From contig NC_068989.1 of the NCBI RefSeq assembly GCF_001194135.2, positions 45,359,208-45,423,207 on the forward strand: 64,000 bases of DNA, written 5' to 3'. Position 1 is the first letter of the stretch, and the number at the start of each line of letters is the position of its first letter. The notes beneath the pieces are model-generated. The model was given only the letters and a program-made list of their open reading frames with translations. It made no database searches and was not told the DNA's origin. The position numbers and the translations under genes were made by a program. This stretch comes from Octopus bimaculoides. Lineage: Eukaryota. Below, piece by piece: positions 38,901 to 50,382 of this stretch.

Positions 38901-40681
38901 ATGTATATACACGCATGCATACATACATGCATGCATACATACATACATACATACATACATACATAAATGCATGCATACATATATACATTCTTTTATTCTT
39001 CTATTTGTTTGTCATTTTGACTGCGGTCAAGAGCACATATACACACACACACACACACACATTATACACATCGACACACATACAGACGTTCATACACAAA
39101 TATATACGTAAATTATATATGTAGGTATATANNNNNNNNNNNNNNNNNNNNNNNNNNNNNNNNNNNNNNNNNNNNNNNNNNNNNNNNNNNNNNNNNNNNN
39201 NNNNNNNNNNNNNNNNNNNNNNNNNNNNNNNNNNNNNNNNNNNNNNNNNNNNNNNNNNNNNNNNNNNNNNNNNNNNNNNNNNNNNNNNNNNNNNNNNNNN
39301 NNNNNNNNNNNNNNGGAGAGAATACAAAAAAATGTAATGGTGGAGCTGAGTTTTAAACTCATTCCTACAGGAGTCATACATAGGTACATAATTTTATGTC
39401 TTTTACTAAATTTTCGAATAATGTAACTGTTGTCGCTTAGAATGGAAAAGTAAAGCGAGAAAGAGAAAGAGAATGAAAAAGAAAGACATCGTTTATTCAA
39501 CACCCAAGCGAACTTATTTCATACCATCGCTTCAAAACTATTAAATAAATATATTGAGTGTTCGTTTCGTTGCTTAATTCATATTTCATATCCATTCTTT
39601 GTCGTTAGAATGTGTCAAAGAATTGTATCTCTGCATCCGATAGACCATATGTAAAAATAATGTAAAAGAAACGATTGCATCAGAAATGGGGTTAATGTAA
39701 AAGCTAAAACGATAGAGATGTATGTTCAAACGAATTTCTATCATAAATGTCTATGTAAATCTAGCTATTTATGTTATTTAATCAAGTGTATTAAAAGCCC
39801 AGACGTCTATATGATGTTGAGAAATCAAGATCTGCAAAGCCACCAGAAACAAAATTGCTAATAATTCGTCCATAATTGCTTTTGAAGATGGTCTACGGCT
39901 ATTTCACGAAACTATTCGAATTGTTTCGTTCGTAGATAATTCATAATTACTTTCTATTTGAAATTTATTTAGAAGTATATGTCTAGGAGAGACAACAGAA
40001 AACTACTCTAGTTTTTCCCTTATGAAATTACTTTATGAGGATGAATTCTGCAGAGGTCATTAACAACCAAAAGGGTCATTAGGTATTGCGTTTTAATGGG
40101 CAATTCTCTGTTTAAATTCTAATGTCTGTTACTACTTGTCATGAAGAAAAAAAAAATTAAACAAAAATGATTTAAGAGAAGTGATTAATGGGATGATTAC
40201 TTTTCACATTTTACAAATGTTAAGGTAAAGCCTTAGAGCGGTGTTATAGTTTCAACAAAGAACTGAACCTGCAAAGCCGTCGTAAATAGTTTCTAAAAAA
40301 AAAAAAAATTATTAATTCGGAAAGTGACCACTAGCATTGAACCAAATCATCTCAGGTGAATAGTAATAGTGAAGTTTGTGATAAACTGTCCGTAACAAGC
40401 TAACGACCTAATTACGGGTACACGACCTTTAGATTCCCTTGTCTTAAAAAGTGATGTGTCATCAGTTGAACCACCTATGCATGTCACCAGATTTGCGCAT
40501 GTGAAGTACCAAATCTATGTTTCATTTAAGTAAGATGTGAAATGAACTGTTGGCATGTGAAATGACTTCAAACGATGTAGTATAACTTACTGCTATATTA
40601 TATCGCTTCAAATCAATACTGTTGAATTATTTGTCTTTCAAACGTTTTGAAGTTATTCTTTTCATCTTTTACTTGTTCCAG

Positions 40682-40704
40682 GTCATGGGCTGCAGCCAAA
40701 CTTC
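40682..40704 (+). CDS. Candidate 23-nt micro-exon with start codon (M-G-C-S-Q-T-S)
   Basis: Polypyrimidine tract and CAG acceptor (40655-40681), gtcATGG context, donor GTAAGT at 40705-40710; no partner exon identified. Confidence 0.25.
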
Positions 40705-41209
40705 GTAAGTATCCAGCAGTGGTAACCGATAGTTTTGCCATAGTTTTTGTTTATAAAGTTAATCAAAGGAAGAAAGATAGTGTGTAGGTTTTTTTTCTTT
40801 TTCCCAGAATCTCTCACATATTGAAATTAGCGCGGTTAATGCCAATCCTGTACATTTTGAGTTCAGCGTTAACAGAAAAATAAATTATTCTTCTGTTGTG
40901 ATCCGAATGCTTGCAATAAGAGTGAAGCATGCTAAAAGCAATGAAGAACTATGTGGTGGAGTTATATTGGGTGTAATTTTAATTTCACCAATCATTTTGT
41001 GCAATATAAAATCGTAGGCCTGTTCTGCATTAAGCGTGTCACTCATAAAGATCAACTAAACTGTGTTTAGCTAACGTGACAACTAATAATATAAAGAAAC
41101 TCTGACGGTTTTCTGTTTAAATTTATTTACTCAGAGAGGGAGAAGCATATGGAGTAATTAGCGTGTTCTTCAAAATATAATGAGACTGGGGATTACGTTG
41201 AAATTCTTT

Positions 41210-41640
41210 AGGTCTATCTCCACCTATAAGGAATTTGGGTGGAGAATGCATAACTGTTAAGAGGGAAAATGGGTGAAGTATTTAGTTCAAAATATGGGGA
41301 CGATGAAACATTGTGAGAGGCGATAGGAGTAGCGCGTTTGTCTAGAAGTTTATATAGGGTGAAGAATGAAATGACTAATGTCTTCAGTGGAAAGGGGCAG
41401 AATTTCAAATGGTGATAAGACTGCGGCAACGAAAGTTGAACGAACTTGAAATGAACTTCGTGTGAAGTAAAACTGGTAAGGAAACAATGTGGAAAGAGAT
41501 GCATGCTTCGTGTGGTTAGAAGTAAATATCGTAGGTGGGCAGTTAGCTTGTGGAAAGCAGTAAAATCCTTCGTGAGTAAACATCAAAATGGAAAGAAATG
41601 AGAGGAGGAAGAAGATCGTGTCAGTTGTTTAGTGGTTGCA
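41210..41640 (-). pseudogene. Possible ancient retroelement remnant, unassigned
   Basis: Strand-biased, non-microsatellite island with overlapping 78-96 aa minus ORFs; only vague PLE thumb-like resemblance. Confidence 0.2.
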
Positions 41641-42067
41641 GTTTGCGGTTGAGTTGGGTTTCGTCAAACAGACAAATGCACCACTTTTTGATTTCTTTCA
41701 TGCTAGTCCTGAAAGTTTGTCTGTGTTTTTAGGATTAATTGCGTAAAAAAAACATCTCTAATATGGGCCGGACTTGAGCTATACATTTACACGGAGAGAA
41801 AATCCGATAAAGATAAATATATCGGCTTAGAGAGTGAGTGTATCATATGAGTCACACACAGCAAAGGAATGACAGGTTAATTGTTTATATAAAATACAAC
41901 AATACGTATAAATATATTATACACATGTGTACCTGTGTGTGTGTGTGTGTGTGTGTGTGAGTGAATATGCTTATTATTTCAAAGTAAACATGAGTCAGAG
42001 ATAAGATAGTAATAAAGAAAACGCGTGATCAAATGTGTTAATAAACTGACACAACCGACCTTTTCTT

Positions 42068-43276
42068 ACTGGTTAACAAGCAGTGAGCTCATTTGCAGCA
42101 AGACAGTGCAACGCCTCATACCGCTCGAACGACCTGAAATAAACTCCAGGAATCTAAGGGAATCGAACTGATGCCATAACCAGCATATAGTCCGGACCTA
42201 ACGCACTCATATTATCACTTGTTCCAATCCTGCGCTCGCGACACTTTATCAACCAAGAGCAGATAGACGTTTCAGTGAAAGAGTTCTGCACCTCGAAGGG
42301 TAAGAACTGGTGTCAGTGTGAGGTCAAAGAACAGGCAGAATTACAGTTTTAGACAGTGCAACACGATGGTCTTTACTTTGAATGCTAGATTGCATTTGTT
42401 GTAACTTGATGCAGAACTCTTTCACTGAAACGTCTATCTGCTCTTGGTTGATAAAGTGTCGCGAGCGCAGGATTGGAACAAGTGATAATATGAGTGCGTT
42501 AGGTCCGGACTATATGCTTGTCGTATACATTCGCTGCTTTCTTCCAAGGAATCTAATGCTCTTAGCTTAGTTTTTCCTTGGGTCTGGCCAGATTGGAACA
42601 ATCTCGAGTATAATCAGCCGAAATTGCGAAGATATATATATGATACGAGTTTTTCATCTTGATACAACTTTTTCATATATGTGATATGAGTTTTTCATTT
42701 TGATATGTCCATAGGCCTTTTCTGTGTATGAAGTGTATGTTGTCTGTTTAAATGTGTGTTTATGCGTGTATTTGCGCATTCTTAGTACGTATGTTTGTGT
42801 GTGTGTGTGGCCTGTAGAAAGATATATTTTGTCACACATGAATCTCAATGATTGTGCCTCTGCATATTTGTTTAATCTGCTAAAAATAACAGCCAAATTT
42901 CCTTTTCATCAGTCCATCCCTTCTGATCAGACGAGAGCTCATATTAGGTAATATAATCATCGATTCCCTATGAGCAAGAAAAGGTCGATTCTAACCTGTA
43001 GTCCAAACAGCTGCATGAGCGGATGTATACCATGGTGAGCCAAAATGACCTGTCACTGGTTAACAAGCAGTGAGCTCATTTGCAGCAAGACAGTGCAACG
43101 CCTCATACCGCTCGAACGACCTGAAATAAACTCCAGGAATCTAAGGGAATCGAACTGATGCCATAACCAGCATATAGTCCGGACCTAACGCACTCATATT
43201 ATCACTTGTTCCAATCCTGCGCTCGCGACACTTTATCAACTAAGAGCAGATAGACGTTTCAGTGAAAGAGTTCTGC
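42068..43276. repeat. 222-bp direct repeats (42068-42289 and 43055-43276) with an internal perfect 109-bp inverted copy (42410-42518)
   Basis: Direct copies differ at one base by my reading (aacCaag versus aacTaag); the inverted arm is identical to 42182-42290. Confidence 0.95.
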
Positions 43277-43459
43277 GTGCTTTTATGTTGGTTGGAGTTT
43301 ATATGTGATTCTTGTAATGTATTTCAAAAATTGTTGGACTTTAGTGAAATGCATGTACTGTGCGCTTCGTGTGTAACACACTAACATAAATGTTTTGCAG
43401 CTCTGTACAATATGTACGTGCGCGTGCTTGTGTGTGTATGCGTGTGTATACTGTATATA

Positions 43460-45720
43460 AGCACACTTATCAAGGCCAAAGTTTATCTCGATGTCAGTGC
43501 TGAATTCTTTAACATTCGTTAGCAGCCCTACTAGTTCTTCGTCATTTCTAGCAAACAGCTTCAGATTGTCCAAATAAAAGAGATGGTTTATTGTCGTATT
43601 GGAAACTCTGAACCCATACCTGGTGTTATTTAGTTCGTTTGAGAGTGGTATCAGTGCCGTGCAAAAGAGTAATGCGGAGAGGAAGTCACTTTGAAAGATA
43701 CTTCGTTTGATATTGATGTTGTTAGTTTGGCGCATCCCATTACTATGGTTTAGAAGGAGCCATGGTTTACAAGGTAGCCAAGCTACCTGGTAAGAATTTG
43801 AAGGTGACAAGAGAGATCATATATATTTTAGGGCATTGAATACCCAGTTGTGGGACACTATCAAACGCTTTCCTGTTGTCTATCCATGCCATACTCGGGT
43901 TTTTCTTTTTGCTCCGGCAATTCTCTACAATCATTTTACTTATGAGTAATCGATCTTTGCATCCATAAGCATTCCTTTTACAGCCTTTTTGAGTTTGTGG
44001 AAGGATGAATCTCTATTCAAGGAAAGCGTATATTCTGTCAGTTAATATGGACTTGAGGATCTTGTAGGGGGTGTTGAGACATATTATTGGTCGGTAGTTA
44101 TTTGGGGTTTTTTGGTACAAGGTATGTTGTTCCTTCAAATAACCAGGCAGGTATTTGCTCTGGATTCTGGATGACATCAGTCAGAGATGCAGCAGAATTT
44201 TGGTGTACTCCTGTTTGACAATTTTGCCAGAAGTTAGGAATTCGGTCCAGTCCTGTGGTTTTCCATTTGTGAGACTTCCTAAGAAAACATCTTAGCTCTT
44301 CTATTCCTCTTGCCTTCCATTTCTGCTCTTCAACCTCATCTAGTCTCACTTTCTCACGAACTATCCAATCAGCTCTATCATTTTACTCCTTTTGTTGCTC
44401 CATATCTTCTTCGAGAACTCTTGCATTTCCTCACTCTTAGGTGGCTCCTTTACTTTTGCCAATTTCCCTATAAAATTTCTTTGGATCCGTCTTGAATACT
44501 TTTTTATGTCGATAAAATTTGATTCTTTTGTCATACCTTCTGAGCCGTTGGGTTTTCAGTTGTATTCGTTGTTTCAATTGTTCCTTGGTTGCGGGGACGT
44601 TTATAAAACCTCTGATTTTTATATTTTTGCTTGATTTTGTTAGCTCGTTTCGTCTTAACATTTACTCCTTTTCAAGTTCATCGAGAACTGATACATCAAC
44701 CCGAAGAGATTAGATCCCTTTTTGTATAGCCACTTCCCACTTAGGAGGTCGATTTACATGGTCAGTCCTTTCCTGTGTCGTCCTGATACCTAGTTGATCG
44801 GTTACAACTTTAGCAATGGAATAGATGAGGTTATTTAAGGTTGTTGGGTAATTTTCCTTATTACTTAAGCTCTGTCAAAGAGCAACATTATATATCATGA
44901 TTATGTTGTTGATTTTTATACTATTTGAGGACTTTGCCAGTGGTTCTCTATTATTGATGTCAGTGGACTCAGTCTTGCTGAGTTCTCTGATAATATCTTC
45001 TTTTGCTATTATGATCTTTTCTTAATTATTCACATCAAATTCTGTGTCATACGTATTCTGGTATTCTTGTGGTAGGCCTACTTTCTCCTCTTTTCCGCAT
45101 ATCTGTTCTTCGCTAGTCTTTCTTCAGCTTCCTCGTTGAGATGTACTGATCATACTCTGGGCTCTGCGCACCTGTTACCTATTTCATCCGCGTTGCTGCT
45201 GTTTTCATTCGGTCTACCATGAGATATTTGTGTCCTAATTTGGCTAATTTCCGCGTCAGTTAACCTTTTATTCTTAATGATGTCTCTACGTACATTAGTT
45301 TATTTGCAGCGATATATCTGCGTACTTCCTTGCTTACTAAGTTTCTCTATAAAATGTAAGTTTGTACTATGAGGTTATTTTTTGGGTTTAATTAGACTGT
45401 ATACAAAGCTTTCAACACATCTCTATAATCCCATCTAGTCCATTTTATGCATTTTGCTTTAGGTAATTTTTTGGTGGTGTCAATACAGGCCTAGAGTTAG
45501 GGTTATCCTGGATCTGGTTACCTAGTAGAACGTTTTTAGAGAGTTTGTTCCAGCAGCAGACTTTTAGACCCTTGACTGGTTCCCCACTGAGTAACGCGGT
45601 ACTTGTTGTCTCGGGTAGTGACAATTCCGGCGTGAGTTTTGGCTTGTCATTAAGGCATTGACAGTGACAATAGCTGACGGTTCAGTTTGTTCAAAGTCGA
45701 CATTTTGACCTGACACCGAT
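43460..45720 (-). mobile_element. R4/Dong-clade non-LTR retrotransposon, decayed and 3'-truncated within RT
   Basis: KWTRWDY..; LKQRIQLKTQRLRRYDKRIKFYR..FKTDPKKFYREIG; GLDRIPNFW; AWLFEGTTYLVPK; AWID.RKAFDSVPH; IFQSDFLSALLFCTALIPLS; INHLFYLDNLKLFA; FGLDKCA then microsatellite. Confidence 0.9.
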
Positions 45721-45986
45721 TTTTCGTTATTCAAATGCATATATTTATCATATCATAGGCTGATAGATTGAAAATCGCCTCTATCTTTTCTTTTTTTTTT
45801 TTTTTTTTTTTTTTTTTTGGTAGCTATGTTTCCTAGTATAACTGTTTTTTTTTTTGTGTGTGTTTTAAACTGAGTGACTAATCTAGTCCTTTTTCATATT
45901 AGTTTCTGGGAAGTCGCTTTGCATTTGTTTGTGTTCGGTACGTTTTCGCAAATTACCCAGTGAAGAAACTGTGCTTGGATGTACAA

Positions 45987-45987
<1 letters not shown>

Positions 45988-46062
<75 letters not shown>

Positions 46063-46080
46063 GTTGTTGTTGTTGTTGTT
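45988..46080. repeat. (ATT)n/(GTT)n microsatellite
   Basis: About 30 trinucleotide units. Confidence 0.95.
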
Positions 46081-46200
46081 CAGTAGTTTTATTTTTATAA
46101 CGTGCTTTCACTTCACTACCGAGCGCAGCTCTGTGTGCCTTGGGTACGTGCTGTGGTTTGCTGTGATGCTCTTATGGTTACTGTATTGAAAGTGTTTTGC

Positions 46201-46203
<3 letters not shown>
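46081..46203 (-). mobile_element. 3' end of an R4/Dong-type LINE (last codons, 3'UTR, AAT tail)
   Basis: Minus strand reads RKTLSIQ* then a ~100-nt UTR ending ..aaactactg followed by (AAC/AAT)n; the ILRK.L end is typical of restriction-like-endonuclease LINEs. Confidence 0.65.
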
Positions 46204-46239
<36 letters not shown>

Positions 46240-46262
46240 GTAGTAGTAGTAGTAGTAGTAGT

Positions 46263-46775
46263 AAGGCGCGGAGCTGGCCGATTCGTTAACACGCTGGACG
46301 AAATGCGTAGAAGTATTTCGTCCGTCACTCAGCGTTCTGAGTTCATATTCCGCCGAGGTCGACTTTGCCTTTCATCCTTTCGGCGACGATAAAACAAGTA
46401 CCAGTTGAACACTGGGGTCGATGTAATCAACTCATCCCGCACCACATAAAAAAAAAAGAAAAATTGCTGCCCTTCTGGCAAAATTTGAATCCGTTGTCAT
46501 TATTATTATTATTATTATTATAATTATTATCATTATTATTATTATTATTATTATTATTAAGGCGCAGGGCTGGCAAGATCGTTAGCAGGCTGAACGAAAG
46601 ACTTAGCAGTATTTCGCTCGTCGCTCCGTTCTGAATTCAAATTCTGCCGAGGTCGACTTTGCCTTTCAACCTTTGAGGGTCGATAAATTAAGTACCAGTT
46701 GAGTAATGGAGTCGATGTGATCGACTGTCTCCCTCCCTGCAAAAATTCGGTCCTTGTACCTATAGTAGAAAGGAT
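46263..46775 (+). mobile_element. Two SINE family B copies (46263-46495 and 46559-46775) separated by (ATT)n
   Basis: aaggcgc..ctgg..cgaaa..ttag..gtatttcg..gttctga.ttca.att..gccgaggtcgactttgcctttca.ccttt..gataaa..aagtaccagttg. Confidence 0.92.
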
Positions 46776-46969
46776 TATTATTATCATTATAATTTTGCCC
46801 GTTTCATTTATTCTTTTCTGTAATCCCTGAAGTATGAGTGAGCAACCTATCGTATTAACGTCCTTTCTTTTACCGCCTTGATGAGATATGAAAATAGAAA
46901 TTTCTGCAGCTGCTGCTCGTACTACTACTACTACTCCTATTACCACCACCACCACCACTACCACCACAT

Positions 46970-47017
<48 letters not shown>

Positions 47018-47519
47018 AGGGAGAAGTGCCTACTGTTCGTAGGGTAACTGTATATAGTCGCACTCGCATCACCAGTTGTAGATGTAGTAGTAGTAATAGC
47101 AGTAAAAGCGACAGCATCTGCAAGAACAGCAGCAATAGTAGTATTTGTTGTTTATATTTTCGTCGAACACGATCGCCTATCAAAGGCGTTCCAACCGTGA
47201 CATTCATGTATTATTTTCAGTCCGCTGTGTTTATTGGTCTGCTCTTTTAAACAATCGTGTTGCCAGTGTCTGCAAGAGTATGCGCGTCAGCGTGTGTGCT
47301 TGTGTGTGCGTGTGTGTGCGTGCGTGTGTGTGTGTGTGTGTGTGCTTGTGTGTATGTGTGTGTATGTTTGTGTACGTGTGTGTGTGCTTGTGTGTGAATT
47401 TGTGTGTGTGTGTTTGTGTGAGTATGTGTGTGTGTGTATTGGTTTGAGTGTGTGTGTGTGTGTGTTGGCTGATATATGGCATATAGGGAAGGATAAAGGA
47501 ACAATCTAAAGAATCGGTA

Positions 47520-47645
47520 CCAGCAGCAGCAGCAGTAGCAGCAGCAACAGTAGCAACAGCAACAGCGGCACCAGCAGTTGCAGCAGCAGCAGCAGCTGTA
47601 GCAATAGCAACAGCAGCAGCAGCAATAGCTGTAGTAGTAGTAGTA
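47520..47645. repeat. Degenerate (CAG/TAG)n trinucleotide repeat
   Basis: cagcagcagcagcagtagcagcagcaacag..gtagtagtag. Confidence 0.9.
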
Positions 47646-47832
47646 GTAACAGTTTCTTAGATGGTATGGTAGTCAAATTGGTATAACTCACTCTAGCAGT
47701 AATATCTAAGGGTCATTTTTGTTGTTTTCGCTGTGGCTTTTGTTATTTTAGTTTTTCTGTTGTCGTTGTTAGTTCCTGGTCCCAACTAAAGGATAAGATA
47801 AACCCCACTTTCTCTCTCTCTCTCTCTTTCTT

Positions 47833-47885
<53 letters not shown>

Positions 47886-48038
47886 GCGTGTGTGTGTATG
47901 TGTTTGTGTGTATGTGCCTGTGCGTTTGTGTGTTATTGCGTCCTTTGATATTGTCCTCCATGTTTTGGTTCCTCATGACCAATAAAGGAAAGTATTAAGA
48001 TTTTTATTATTATTATTATTATCATTATTATTATTATT

Positions 48039-48571
48039 GAGTGAGAGAGCAGCATACGCTATCAAAGTGACACTGGGGTAAAATATATACCAAGCCCAGT
48101 ATACCCATCATGACTACCCATCTGATAAGGGTGCACCAGGAACATGCACCACAACCATATGTGCACAACATGGTGATCTCATATCAAGATAAACAGGACA
48201 TAACCTTGCAGGTAAGACTCAGAATTTTCTTCAGGTCGAGTAACCCATCCCGCTGAAAAGATACCTGAATAAGGTTTCATTAAGGATGTTCAACGAATCA
48301 CCTATGTTTCCAAAGAATTCCTCTCAACAAATGACTATAATGCTCCATCACTACTCCTGCACGTGATCAAAGATGCACATATCATCAGCCACCAAGGGAC
48401 ATGCTCAACTGGTTAAGGTCAAACAACTGACAAGCAAATCTGTGGTATTGAGGAGAATATTTGCTGTAGACCATCTTTTATACCAAGACAAAACAATGCA
48501 AATGATAACACTTCCAATCAGATAAATTCAGAAGCCATGAGAGCCACTGCATGGTACTGCATCAGGGCATT
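48039..48571 (-). mobile_element. Unclassified ~530-bp (AAT)n-tailed non-autonomous element (second copy 61519-62018)
   Basis: Collinear with 61519-62018 (gattggaagtgttat..ttggtataaaagatgg..ccagttgagcat..gagatcaccatg..gtagtcatgatgg.tatactgggc..cagtgtcact.tga..ctcact then AAT repeats); trinucleotide repeats on both sides. Confidence 0.85.
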
Positions 48572-48924
48572 TATTATTATTATTGTTGTTGTTATTTAAA
48601 AATGGTCAGTAGATGCCCGCCCCCCTCCACTCTATTCATGCGCCTATAGATGGGAGAGCAACAGCTGGGAGAGAGCCATTGCTTTGCTGGTCCGAGTAAT
48701 CCTTGAGATGTGGTATGCCTTGATTGGCACTAGTTTCTCCTGTATCACGAAGACTGCATCACTCACGTAATCATATGCTTTGTATACCATGTATACTTTT
48801 TTTATCCCATTTTACCGTCTTTTCCATTTCTTTCTCCGTATCTTTCGTGTAAATCCCCACACAAATTGCTGATTGTCCTTGTGATGCCCGCCTCATCCAT
48901 TGCTCCTGCGGTTAATGAAAGAAA

Positions 48925-49130
48925 TCTAACAGAAACATTACTGCATCGGGCATAATGCTTAGGGGTATTTCGTCCGTCTGTGCGTCCTGAACTTAAATTC
49001 TGTCAAGGTCGACTTTGCTATTCATCCTTTAAAGGGTTGATAAAATAAGTACCAATTAAGCACTGGGGTTGATGCAATCGATTTAGCCCTTACCCCCAAA
49101 ATTGCTGGCATTGTGTCAAACTTTGGAACC
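48925..49130 (+). mobile_element. SINE family B, diverged
   Basis: ggtatttcgtccgtc..aaggtcgactttgctattcatcctttaaagggttgataaaataagtacc..ctggggttgatgcaatcga. Confidence 0.8.
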
Positions 49131-49974
49131 ATTATTGTTAATATCATTATCATTTTCAAGTAGCAGTAATAGAACTTGAAGCTGGACTAGTTACTAGCGT
49201 GATATTATTACTGAGAATGTAAATTTCATGATACCCACAGGCTCTCATCACAATATCTTCGTGATAACGTTCCATATTGTATCACCTGAGGCCTCACGAG
49301 AGCAGAGAGCAGTGACCAGAAGAAACTGAGAGAGAGAGTGAGAAAGAGAGAGAGAAAGAGAGAGAGAAAGAGAGAGAAAGAAATATTTACGTGCCAGACC
49401 ACAAGGATTGTGGATATAGTTACTTTGCCCCCAGTAAATAATTATAGAGCATTGTTACAGCACTTGCAATCAGGCATGTTTTTCTGTCCATTTTATTTTA
49501 ATTTTAGATATAAAGTAACTACTAGGGTAGCTTGAAAGGTTCATAGGCTGATTATGAAGGAATGATGCTAGAGCTGTGAAATTTGGTAGGCATTACTTTC
49601 AAGTTTTCATATTAATAGTGGCAGTGTCTCTTTCCAGGTAAACTGACATTTAACTGTTTAAAGAAGACTTCAAAAGTAACTGGTATAATTCTTCTCTTGA
49701 AAATGGACAGATCTTGGCATCGTGGTGCTAATACCTGCAGTGAATGGGTTTAGCCCCCAAGGGCATTGATGCTGATATGGTTGCTACATTAAGGAATGTT
49801 GCTCCTACCTTCTCAGTGCAAAAGTGAGCACCTAAATTAAGCAGAGAAAGGAAGAGTCTTGAAGATGACCCATGGTCTAGAAGTCCTGCAACTGTCACCG
49901 TCGAAGAAAACATAGATTCTGCCAGTTCACTGTCTTTAACAACAACAACAACAGCAATAATAATAATAATAATA

Positions 49975-50382
49975 AAAATCCATTCTACTAAAGGCACAAG
50001 GCCTGAAATTTTGGGGAAGGGGATAAGTTGATTACATTGACCCCCGTACCTATTTCATCGACCCCGAAAGAATGAAAGGCAAAGTCGACTTGAGCGATAT
50101 TTGAACTCAGAACGTTGCGGCAGACAAAATACCGCTAAGCATTTCGTCCAGCGTACTAATGATTGTGCCAGCTCGCCGCCTTTAACAACAACAACAATAA
50201 TAATAATAATAATAATGAAATGCAATAATGGTTTCAAATTTTGATATAAGGCCAGCAATTTCGGGGTAAATCGATTTCATCGACGCAAGTACTCATCTGC
50301 TACTTATTTTATCGACCCCGATTAAAACGGACAAAACACCGCTAATCACTTAGTCCGGCGAGCTAACGATTCTGCCAGCTTG
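49975..50382 (-). mobile_element. Two SINE family B copies (49975-50183; 50225-50382 with internal deletion)
   Basis: ggcacaaggcctgaaattt..cgaccccgaaagaatgaaaggcaaagtcgac..gaactcagaacg..accgctaagcatttcg..gccagctcgccgcctt. Confidence 0.88.

Noticed and set aside
42405-42445. UUGAUGC..CU-GAAAC-GUC as a hammerhead
   Set aside because: 5' box is non-canonical, lies outside the repeat boundary, and stem I has no partner
47520-47645. Poly-Gln/Ser/Ala coding exon
   Set aside because: Gln frame contains TAG stops, there are no convincing splice sites, and it grades into a (TAG)n microsatellite
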